64,000 nucleotides of DNA, from assembly GCA_965222905.1 (NCBI GenBank), contig OZ244976.1, positions 2,570,012 through 2,634,011 of the forward strand. The letters are read 5' to 3'. The notes under the pieces are model-generated. The model did no database searches and had not been told where the DNA came from. It saw nothing but the letters and a program-made list of their open reading frames with translations. The stretch comes from Vicinamibacterales bacterium (GTDB lineage Bacteria; Acidobacteriota; Vicinamibacteria; Vicinamibacterales; UBA8438). Shown here in pieces: positions 24,827-32,624 of this stretch. How positions within the stretch are numbered: the stretch's first letter is position 1; every line of letters begins with the position of its first letter. The translations under genes and the position numbers were made by a program.

Positions 24827-27581
24827 ACCGCGGATCCCCGGCGTCCGGGACCTCGCGCAGGTGGAGCTCGAGCTCGGCGAGCACGCCGGCCGTTGCATAC
24901 CGTGCGTCGAGCAGGTTCTCCACCCGCACGAACAGCTCCACGCCGCGCTCGAAGCGATACGACGAGCGGAGGTTCACGATCCCGTAGCCATCGAGTGCGG
25001 CCTGGTCGTTGCCTTCGTCGCCGACGAAGATCCGGCTCGACCCGACGACGGTCTCGACGGCGACGTCCCAGGCGGTGGTAAGCCCCTGCCGCACGCCGAC
25101 CTTGAGGCTGTGGCGCGGGATTCCGGGCAGCCGGTCACCCGCTTCGACGGCGATCGTCCCGTCCTCCGCGGCCGCATCGTTGACCTCGGCGTTGCTCGGC
25201 AGCAGGAGCGGCGACGCGAAGGTCGCCTCCACGAGCCCGTAGCTGGCGTACCAGCCCGTCCGGGCGACCTGGCCGTCGAGCTCGACATCGACGCCGGCGC
25301 GCGCGGTGGCGCCGGCGTTCTGGAAGTACCCGGTCCCGATCAGCGCGGGCGAGGCGACGAAGAGAATGTCGTCGTCGATGCGGGTGCGATACGCCGACGC
25401 GGACCATGCGCCGCGTCCGGCTCGGCCCTCCCAGCGGCCCCGGACGCCCGCCTCGACAGATCGCGCGACCGCCTGCTCGAGCGGCGGGTCGGAGACGAAC
25501 GCGTTCGGGATGCGGCACGGCTCGGCCGGATCGGCGCAGCTCAGCTCCGCCGCAGTGGGCGCGCGATTCGACTCGGAGTAGCGCGCGAAGAGCGACGCGG
25601 CGCTGCCCGCCTCGTAGACCGCGCCGACTGCGGGGTTGAAGCGCGCGAAGGTGTGCCTGCCGTCGAGCGCCGTGCCGAGCTGATCCGAGATGTCGAGACG
25701 CGCCCGGTTGTAGCGGCCGGAGACGGTCAGATGGACGCGCTCCGTCAACGAGAGGGTGTCGCTGAAGTACAACCCGACGGCGTGATTCGCGGTCTCGATG
25801 CTGGTGTTGAACAGGTCGTCGCCCCCGAGCCCGTGGATGCCGGCCAGCAGCCCCGAGCCGGCGACGCCCCGCTCCGGGGTCAAAGTGCCCACTTCGCTGC
25901 TCGACGTGAAGCCGACGTCGGCCAGATCTGCGGAGACTCCGATCATGAGCACGTTGTCGCGCCCGCCCACGGGGGTCGTCGCGGTCGCCTGCAGCGACGC
26001 GCCGTAGCCCTGCGCCCGCGTCGTGGTCCGGTTGAAGGCCGCGTCGCCCGCCGCGTCCAGGCTCGTGATGAAACGTCCGGAACGCAGGTCGATCAAGGGC
26101 GCCGCGCCGGTGTCGTCGTCGTCGTCACTTTCGTTGCCGTTGCCGTCGCCGTTGTCATCCTCATCGTCCCCGGCGTGCGACACGCCGCCGGACGCGTCAT
26201 CGTCGTCATCGTCGTCCGCGCCGAAGCAGAGCGTCCGTTCCGGGGCGCCGGCCGGCAGCGCCGCGTCGTCGCAGACGCCGAACTCCGCCTCGTCGCCGTT
26301 CAGGGTGCGCCGGTCGAGATCGCGGTAGTAGCCGCTGACCTGCACCGACCAGGTCGCGGACGTGGCGACGTTAGCCCTCCCCTGCACGAACGCCAGCCGG
26401 TTCTCGGTCGTGTCCGGGAACGTGAAGACGGCGGTCCGGTCGACGTCCAGCAGCTCCACCGGCGCTGGGGCGTTACCGTTCAGGCGGGTGTCGGCGTAGG
26501 TGACGCTGACGCCGGCGTCCACCCGCCCGGCCCGGTAGCCGACGTCGGCGAAAGCCTGCGTGACCGCGGAGGGAGACGCCACCCGCCACCCGTCCTCGTC
26601 GAAGTGCGTGGCGCCGGCGTAGAGCGCCCACGGTCCGCGGCTCGCGCCGTACTCGGCGGTGGCGGAGAGACGGCCGAACGCGCCGGCGGAGAGTTCGCCG
26701 CCGAAGCCGGCATGGTCGAAGCCGTTCTTGAGACCGAGGGCGAGGGCGCCGCCGAGGGCGTTCAATCCGAAGGTCGGATCGGCCCCGGCGCTGAGCTGGA
26801 CGCGGTCGAGGGCGAACTGCGGCAGGAGATCGAACTGCACCGTGTCGCCGAACGGCTCGTTGATCCGGACGCCGTTCTGGTAGACGGCGATGCCCTGAGG
26901 CAGGCCGATCAGCGGCGACGCGCTGAAGCCGCGAAAGCGCAGCGTCGGCTGGAAGAGGTTGGTGGTCGTTCCCTCCAGGGTGACGGCGCCGAGCCGCTCG
27001 TTCAGCGCGTCGGCCATCGAGGACGCGCCGCGCGCGGAGAGCTCGCTGGCATCGATCACCGAGATCGCCGCCGCCACCCGTTCCCGGCTGACGCCGACCC
27101 CGGGCAGCGGGGAGACGCCGACCACGTCGACCTGCTCGGCGAACGCGGCCAGGGCCAGCATCATGTCGAGGACGCGCACCTCACCGGCCGTCACGCGCAC
27201 GTCCTCCCGCTGCTGCGGTTCGAAGCCGCCCAGCGTGAAGGTGACGGTGTAGGACCCCGCCTCCAGCGCCAGGGTGTACACGCCAGCGCCATCGCTGATG
27301 GTCGTCACGGGGAGGACGAGCGCCGGTGAGCGCGCCGTCACCGTAACGCCCGGCACCGCGGCCCCTTGCGCGTCGGAGACGCGCCCGGTGAGCGATGCGG
27401 TCTGTGTCGCGGCCGCGGTTGCGGGCAGGCGTAGCAGGGCCATCACGACCAAGCCGCAGATGACGAGACCGGGGACGCGACCCTGCGCGAGCACCTCCGC
27501 AGGCCCGCGGCGCTTGGGATTCCATCCCGAAGACCGGCGCTTGGGATTCCAGCGAGCGTGCGGAAGCGACAGGTTCTGCAT
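24771..27581 (-). CDS. TonB-dependent receptor with N-terminal CarboxypepD_reg domain and an acidic insert
   Basis: 'LTGRVSDAQGAAVPGVTVT...GSYTVTFTLGGF' (CarboxypepD_reg), plug 'VIDASEL', a barrel ending 'FAGVRVRF', and the insert 'DDDDDDDASGG..DDEDDNGDGNGNESDDDDD'. The start is uncertain (27581, 27494 or 27443). Confidence 0.85.
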   Translation of the reverse strand: MQNLSLPHARWNPKRRSSGWNPKRRGPAEVLAQGRVPGLVICGLVVMALLRLPATAAATQTASLTGRVSDAQGAAVPGVTVTARSPALVLPVTTISDGAGVYTLALEAGSYTVTFTLGGFEPQQREDVRVTAGEVRVLDMMLALAAFAEQVDVVGVSPLPGVGVSRERVAAAISVIDASELSARGASSMADALNERLGAVTLEGTTTNLFQPTLRFRGFSASPLIGLPQGIAVYQNGVRINEPFGDTVQFDLLPQFALDRVQLSAGADPTFGLNALGGALALGLKNGFDHAGFGGELSAGAFGRLSATAEYGASRGPWALYAGATHFDEDGWRVASPSAVTQAFADVGYRAGRVDAGVSVTYADTRLNGNAPAPVELLDVDRTAVFTFPDTTENRLAFVQGRANVATSATWSVQVSGYYRDLDRRTLNGDEAEFGVCDDAALPAGAPERTLCFGADDDDDDDASGGVSHAGDDEDDNGDGNGNESDDDDDTGAAPLIDLRSGRFITSLDAAGDAAFNRTTTRAQGYGASLQATATTPVGGRDNVLMIGVSADLADVGFTSSSEVGTLTPERGVAGSGLLAGIHGLGGDDLFNTSIETANHAVGLYFSDTLSLTERVHLTVSGRYNRARLDISDQLGTALDGRHTFARFNPAVGAVYEAGSAASLFARYSESNRAPTAAELSCADPAEPCRIPNAFVSDPPLEQAVARSVEAGVRGRWEGRAGRGAWSASAYRTRIDDDILFVASPALIGTGYFQNAGATARAGVDVELDGQVARTGWYASYGLVEATFASPLLLPSNAEVNDAAAEDGTIAVEAGDRLPGIPRHSLKVGVRQGLTTAWDVAVETVVGSSRIFVGDEGNDQAALDGYGIVNLRSSYRFERGVELFVRVENLLDARYATAGVLAELELHLREVPDAGDPRFIGPGAPRSAFAGVRVRF
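27508..27551. repeat. 17-nt perfect direct repeat, 27-nt period
   Basis: 'cggcgcttgggattcca' occurs at 27508-27524 and 27535-27551. If the receptor starts at 27581 it encodes a duplicated 'WNPKRR' in the signal n-region; otherwise it lies in the 5' leader. Confidence 0.8.
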
Positions 27582-27738
27582 AGGTGATCGATCCCCCGCG
27601 GGGAAATGGTGCCGACGAGATCCGATTCGTGGCGCCGCTCGACCATCGTACCTCGCCACGGTGCGTCGGTCCTGCGGCGACAGGCAGGTTCGTTTCGGAC
27701 GGGTGTTAGACTGCCACGGCGAAAACGGACAGCGAAGC

Positions 27739-28692
27739 ATGAAGACCCTATCTCTCGCGCTGGCGCTGGCGATTGTCGAAGCTGTCGGAGCTCAGGCGCC
27801 GCCTCCGGTCGAGGTCGGCTCTATTCCGATCACGGGGCCGGCGATCGCGCTGGCGGCCGGCGACCGTCACCTCGTCATCGGGGTCGGGTCGACCGTGCGC
27901 ATAATCGACGTGTCGCGTCCCGAGTCGCCTGCGGCGGTCGGGGCGTACGATTTCGAGCAGGCGGTGCTGGGGCTTGTCGCCGCCGGCGAGACCGTCTACG
28001 TGGCCAACAGCCACGACGGGCTCCGGCGGCTCGACCTGTCCGACCCGTCGGCGCCGGCGCTGACCGGCACCGTCGCGACACGCGGCCAGGCGGTCGGGGT
28101 GGCCGCCGCGGGGGCTCGCGTTTTCGTGGGCGACAACTCGCTCGGTTTCGACACCGTCGACGGGACGGGCGATCTCCGGCGTGTCGGGGAGTATCTCGGA
28201 GACGGGTTTCCGCGCGGTATCGCCGCCGGCGGCCCACTGGTCTTCGTCGCCGATCAGCCGGCCGGATTGATGCTCGTCGACGTGTCGTCCCCGGCCGCGC
28301 CGGCGGTGGCCGGCACTCTGTCGCTCGGACGCGACCCGGTGACGCAGGTGATCGCGCCTGACCCACGCTCCACCGGCGGCGCGTTGCCGGGGGTGGTCTG
28401 CATCGTCAGCGGCCGCGGCGGGTTGCAGGCGGTCGACGTCTCGGACCCCGCCGCGCCGAGAGTGTCGGCTGCCATTCCCACCGCCGGCCGGCTCGCCGGC
28501 GCCGCGATGTGGGATCGCCGGATCTACGCGGCGAGCGGCGGCGTCCTGCAGGTATTCGATCTGACGGATCCCGGGCGGCCGACGCTTGCGGGTACGTCCG
28601 AGCTCGGCGGCCAGGCCGGTGCGGTGGCGGTCAACGATGACCTCGTCTTCGTGGCCACCCCCGAGGATGTCGTCATCTTCCGGCGGCAGTAG
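27739..28692 (+). CDS. secreted LVIVD-repeat beta-propeller protein
   Basis: Signal 'MKTLSLALALAIVEAVGAQA' and repeated '..GL..VDVSDP..P...G' units ('RIIDVSRPESPAAVG','LRRLDLSDPSAPALTG','LMLVDVSSPAAPAVAG','LQAVDVSDPAAPRV','LQVFDLTDPGRPTLAG'). Confidence 0.75.
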   Translation: MKTLSLALALAIVEAVGAQAPPPVEVGSIPITGPAIALAAGDRHLVIGVGSTVRIIDVSRPESPAAVGAYDFEQAVLGLVAAGETVYVANSHDGLRRLDLSDPSAPALTGTVATRGQAVGVAAAGARVFVGDNSLGFDTVDGTGDLRRVGEYLGDGFPRGIAAGGPLVFVADQPAGLMLVDVSSPAAPAVAGTLSLGRDPVTQVIAPDPRSTGGALPGVVCIVSGRGGLQAVDVSDPAAPRVSAAIPTAGRLAGAAMWDRRIYAASGGVLQVFDLTDPGRPTLAGTSELGGQAGAVAVNDDLVFVATPEDVVIFRRQ

Positions 28693-28724
28693 AACGCTGC
28701 CGCGGACTGTTCAGGAGAACACAA

Positions 28725-30104
28725 GTGCAGCGTGTGCGCAACGGTCAGGTCGTGACTGGCATATCCGGCGTCTTCGCCGCTGCATCGGCGGCGGGTGCGT
28801 TGTTGTGCGCCGCCCTCGTACTGGTCGCCGCACCCGTCGGCGCGCAGGAGTGGGGCCAGTTCCGGGGACCGAACGCGGCCGGTGTCGTCGCCGACAACGC
28901 CGGCCTGCCGGAACGCTGGAGCGCGACCGACAACGTCGCCTGGCGCACGCCGCTGCCGGGTCTCGGCTGGAGCTCGCCGATCGTCGCCAACGGGCTGGTG
29001 TTTCTCACCACGGTCGTCAGCGACGGCGAGATCGAGGCGCCCGAGGGCGGCTGGTACCGGTTCGGCGAGCGCGAGGCGCCGCAGGACGTCCACCACTGGC
29101 TGGTCTACGGGCTCGACCTCGATACCGGGGAGTTACGCTGGTACAAGGAGTTGCACGCCGGCGTGCCGGCGTCGCCGCATCACCTCAAGAACACTTTCGC
29201 GTCGGAGACCCCGGTGACCGACGGCGAGCGCCTGTACGTCCTCTTCGGAAACGTCGGCCTCTACGCGCTCGGCTTCGACGGGACGGTGCTCTGGTCGCGC
29301 GATTTGCCGCCCGCGCCGACCCGCAACGGATGGGGTACCGCGTCGTCTCCCGTGCGGCACGACGGCCGCCTCTATCTGGTCGTGGACAACGAGGAGCAAT
29401 CCTACATCGCGGCGCTGAGCGCCGAGACAGGCGCCGAGGTGTGGCGCACGGACCGCGACGAGGGGTCGAACTGGTCGACCCCGTATGTCTGGGAGCACGA
29501 CGGGGGGACCGAGATCGTGACGACCGGTACCGACCGGGTGCGTTCCTACGACCTCGACGGCCGGTTGCTGTGGGAACTGGCGGGAATGTCGACCATCGTG
29601 ATTCCGACCCCGATCGCTGCGCACGGCCTGCTCTACCTCGAGTCCGGCTACATCGCCGACTTCTTCCGTCCGGTCTACGCGATCCGGCCCGGCGCGACCG
29701 GCGACATCTCGCTCGCGGAGGGCGAGACGACCAACGAGTACGTAGCCTGGTCGCTGGAGCAGGGCGGCTCGTACCATCCGTCGCCGCTGGTGTACGGCGA
29801 CTACTACTACACCCTGCTGGACCGCGGGCTGATGACGTGTCACGACGCCCGGACCGGCACGGAGGTCTACGGGCGGCAGCGGGTCGACGTGGGCCAGGCG
29901 TTCACCGCGTCCCCCTGGGCCTACAACGGGAAGATCTTCGCGCTGAGCGAGCAGGGGACGACCTACGTCATCGAGGCCGGGCCGGATTTCCGGATTCTGG
30001 CCGAGAACCCGCTCGACGAATTCACGATGGCGACCCCGGCCATCCTGGACGACAGCCTCATCATCCGGACCGCCGAGGCCGTCTACCGCATCGCCGAGCG
30101 TTGA
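28725..30104 (+). CDS. secreted PQQ-like (BamB-type) beta-propeller repeat protein
   Basis: Signal-like N-terminus. Repeated 'W...L...G.SSP.v.ng.vf' units ('VAWRTPLPGLGWSSPIVANGLVFLTT','VLWSRDL','EVWRTDR','LLWELAG'). Confidence 0.75.
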   Translation: MQRVRNGQVVTGISGVFAAASAAGALLCAALVLVAAPVGAQEWGQFRGPNAAGVVADNAGLPERWSATDNVAWRTPLPGLGWSSPIVANGLVFLTTVVSDGEIEAPEGGWYRFGEREAPQDVHHWLVYGLDLDTGELRWYKELHAGVPASPHHLKNTFASETPVTDGERLYVLFGNVGLYALGFDGTVLWSRDLPPAPTRNGWGTASSPVRHDGRLYLVVDNEEQSYIAALSAETGAEVWRTDRDEGSNWSTPYVWEHDGGTEIVTTGTDRVRSYDLDGRLLWELAGMSTIVIPTPIAAHGLLYLESGYIADFFRPVYAIRPGATGDISLAEGETTNEYVAWSLEQGGSYHPSPLVYGDYYYTLLDRGLMTCHDARTGTEVYGRQRVDVGQAFTASPWAYNGKIFALSEQGTTYVIEAGPDFRILAENPLDEFTMATPAILDDSLIIRTAEAVYRIAER

Positions 30105-30226
30105 GCGTGGACGCCCGCATCGCCGGTGAAGGTCATCGGAGCGGCGTTCAGCTATAATTCTCGTTTCCCGTCTGCTGGCGCGGAGGCTCTGCCGCGGGCG
30201 GGCCTTTTCTCACTGAGGAGCGATTC

Positions 30227-31558
30227 ATGCGAGGCGATACGAGGTTGCCGGTGGTGGCCCTGGCCGCAATGCTGTTCGCGCTGCCCGGAGCGGCTTCGGC
30301 CGGCGCCGAGGACACGATCCCCACGTTCACCAGGGACGTGGCGCCGATCTTCCAGCAGAAGTGCCAGGCGTGCCATCGGCCGGGCTACATCGCGCCGATG
30401 TCGCTCGTGACCTACGCCGAGTCCCGGCCGTGGGCGCGGTCCATCAAGACCCGCGTCGAGACGCGCCAGATGCCGCCGTGGCACATCGACAAGTCGGTCG
30501 GCATCCAGGACTTCCAGAACGATCGCTCGTTGACCGACGCCGAGATCGACACCATCGTCCGCTGGGTCGACGGCGGCGCGCCGCGCGGCAACCCGGCCGA
30601 CATGCCGCCGCCGGTCGAGTTCGCCGACGACGACGTCTGGAACTTCGCCGACCTGTTCGGCGGTCCGCCGGATCTGGTCATCCACTCGACGCCGTTCACG
30701 GTGCCGGCTGTGGCGCAGGATCGCTGGTGGAAGCCGGAAGTGCCGACCGGGCTGACCGAGGACCGCTGGATCCGCGCGATCGAGATCCGTCCGTCGACCG
30801 TCGACGGCCGCCGCATCACGCACCACGCGTTGGCGCGCCTGCAGCAGGAAGAGGACGAAGATACCCTGGGTGCGGCCTCGGACGTCGGTCCCGGCCTGTT
30901 GATGGAGTGGGCGGTCGGCAAGCAGGGCGAGATCATGCGCCCGAACAGCGGCAAGCTGATCAAGGCCGGCTCGATGATCGTCTGGGACGTCCACTACCAC
31001 GCGGTCGGCGAGGAGATCACCGATACGGTGGAGCTGGGCCTGTACTTCTATCCGCAGGGCGAGGAGCCGAAGCACCGGCAGGTTCTCTCGGCGTTCAGCA
31101 CCATCGAAGGGGGCAGCGACCATCTGTCGATCCCGCCGAACGCGGTGACGATCACCGAGCGCTTCCACGTCCTGAAGCAGAACGGTCGCGTGGAGAACTA
31201 CCAGCCGCACATGCACCTGCGGGGCAAGGGGATGCAGATGACCGCCATCCTCCCCGACGGTACCAGCCGCGTGCTGGGCCGGGTGAGTGATTTCAACTTC
31301 AACTGGCACAACAACTACGTGTACGCCGACCACGCGGCGCCGCTGCTGCCGAAGGGGACCGTGCTCCACCTGAAGTCGTGGTACGACAACACGTCCGCGA
31401 ACCGGGCCAACCCCGATCCCAACCAGTGGGTCGGCTACGGAGACCGGACGGTGGACGAGATGGGCCACGCCTGGGTCAACGTGACCTACCTGGACGACGA
31501 CGACTTCGCGGCGGCGGTTGCCGAGCGCGAGGCGCTGGCGACGACGAACGACAACTAG
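30227..31558 (+). CDS. secreted cytochrome-c domain fused to a PHM/DBH-like type-II copper monooxygenase domain
   Basis: Signal peptide, then heme motif 'CQACH' in 'FTRDVAPIFQQKCQACH...MPPW'. Copper-ligand-like motifs follow: 'THHA', 'VWDVHYH', 'PHMHLRGKG' (HxHxxG) and 'VDEMGHAW'. These parallel PHM 'HHM','VHY','HTHHLG','DEMC'. Confidence 0.7.
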   Translation: MRGDTRLPVVALAAMLFALPGAASAGAEDTIPTFTRDVAPIFQQKCQACHRPGYIAPMSLVTYAESRPWARSIKTRVETRQMPPWHIDKSVGIQDFQNDRSLTDAEIDTIVRWVDGGAPRGNPADMPPPVEFADDDVWNFADLFGGPPDLVIHSTPFTVPAVAQDRWWKPEVPTGLTEDRWIRAIEIRPSTVDGRRITHHALARLQQEEDEDTLGAASDVGPGLLMEWAVGKQGEIMRPNSGKLIKAGSMIVWDVHYHAVGEEITDTVELGLYFYPQGEEPKHRQVLSAFSTIEGGSDHLSIPPNAVTITERFHVLKQNGRVENYQPHMHLRGKGMQMTAILPDGTSRVLGRVSDFNFNWHNNYVYADHAAPLLPKGTVLHLKSWYDNTSANRANPDPNQWVGYGDRTVDEMGHAWVNVTYLDDDDFAAAVAEREALATTNDN

Positions 31559-31622
31559 CCGTGCACGGAGCGGCTCCGAGCGGCCCGGCCGGGGCCGCGG
31601 GAGCCGCCGGACGAAGAGAACC

Positions 31623-31652
31623 GGGAGCCGCCCTCATCACGGGGGCGGCTCC
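31623..31652 (+). terminator. GC-rich stem-loop between the monooxygenase-like gene and the next gene
   Basis: 'gggagccgccc tcatcacg gggcggctcc' gives a ~10-bp perfect stem, 65 nt after the stop. There is no clear U-tract, so it may be a terminator, attenuator or RNA stabiliser. Confidence 0.3.
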
Positions 31653-31677
31653 TCTGACGTACGAGGAGGTCGACGGC

Positions 31678-32529
31678 ATGTGGGGGCATGGTTCGGGAGC
31701 ATCGTTGACGGCGCTCGGGTTGGCGCTCGGGCTCGCGCTCGGCGCCGGCGCGGCCGGGGCCCAGGTGCCGGGGACGCTGCAGGAGTTCGGCGCGCCGGTC
31801 TACCCGGCCTACGAGGGGTGGTACGAGAACCCGGATGGCAGCATCACGCTGCTCGCCGGCTACTTCAATGCCAACACCGCGGAGATCGTCGACGTCCCGG
31901 TCGGGGCGGACAACTACCTCGAGCCGGGGCCGCCCGACCAGGGGCAGCCGACGCACTTCGTGCCCGGACGCGCCTGGGGTGTCTTCACCATCCGAATCCC
32001 GGGTGACTCTTCGGACCGCCGGGTGGTCTGGCACCTGACCGCCAACGGCGAGACGGTGTCCATCCCGATGCACCTCGACCCGCAGTGGATCATCGAACCG
32101 TTCGAGGACGCTGCCAATGGCAACAAACCGCCGGTGGTGCGCTTCGCGCCGGAGGGCGAGGGCTTCACCGGTCCGCCGATCGGGATCGCACGCGAGCTCG
32201 CCGTCACCGTGGGCACGCCGCTCGATCTGTCCGTCTGGACGTCCGACGGGAAGCCGACCGACAACCTCGTGGCGGCGTCCCGCCGGCCGCGTCCGGCCCT
32301 GATCTTGCGCTGGCACGTGCTGCGGGGGCCGGGTGAAGTCGAGTTCTCGGCACCGGTGCAGGAGTTCGCCGACTCGTCGGATCAGAACCCGACGACGACC
32401 GCCACCTTCTCCGCGGCCGGTGACTATGTCCTGCGCGCCGAGGCGCTGGACGAGACCGGGGAGGGCGGCAGCGGGTTCCAGTGCTGCTGGACGTCGGCGC
32501 TGGTCGCGGTCAGCGTCGCCGAACCGTAG
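31678..32529 (+). CDS. secreted hypothetical protein with C-terminal Ig/PKD-like segment
   Basis: GAGGAGG lies upstream of the ATG. Signal 'LTALGLALGLALGAGAAGAQ', and the C-terminus 'ATFSAAGDYVLRAEALDETG' is PKD-like. No catalytic motif recognised. Confidence 0.55.
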   Translation: MWGHGSGASLTALGLALGLALGAGAAGAQVPGTLQEFGAPVYPAYEGWYENPDGSITLLAGYFNANTAEIVDVPVGADNYLEPGPPDQGQPTHFVPGRAWGVFTIRIPGDSSDRRVVWHLTANGETVSIPMHLDPQWIIEPFEDAANGNKPPVVRFAPEGEGFTGPPIGIARELAVTVGTPLDLSVWTSDGKPTDNLVAASRRPRPALILRWHVLRGPGEVEFSAPVQEFADSSDQNPTTTATFSAAGDYVLRAEALDETGEGGSGFQCCWTSALVAVSVAEP

Positions 32530-32624
32530 CGTCACGTCCCGCACCGGTTCCGCCGGCGGTGCCGGGGCGCCATCGGAGCGGGCACGCCGGTCCGGAGAAT
32601 CGGCATCGAAGGAACGCTTCAACG

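Noticed and set aside
22586-24898. 770-aa minus-strand ORF spanning three annotated genes
   Set aside because: It crosses the OM-barrel gene and the dehydratase gene in non-coding frames, and it is Arg/Pro-rich junk.
26108-26220. GTC/GTCATC-rich stretch as a non-coding microsatellite or CRISPR-like repeat
   Set aside because: It lies in frame inside the receptor gene and encodes the poly-Asp insert. There is no spacer-repeat organisation, and no CRISPR array was seen anywhere in the window.
24861-27329. 822-aa + strand ORF
   Set aside because: It is antisense to the TonB-dependent receptor and has no motifs.
27582-27738. Possible riboswitch (e.g. cobalamin) in the leader of the TonB receptor
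   Set aside because: I could not find a B12-box-like sequence or any conserved riboswitch core. This is more likely a plain divergent promoter region. An Rfam scan would settle it.
30152-31468. 438-aa minus-strand ORF, plus the 309-aa + alternative frame
   Set aside because: Both overlap the heme-c/copper monooxygenase-like gene, which has a signal peptide and conserved ligand motifs. These are shadow frames.
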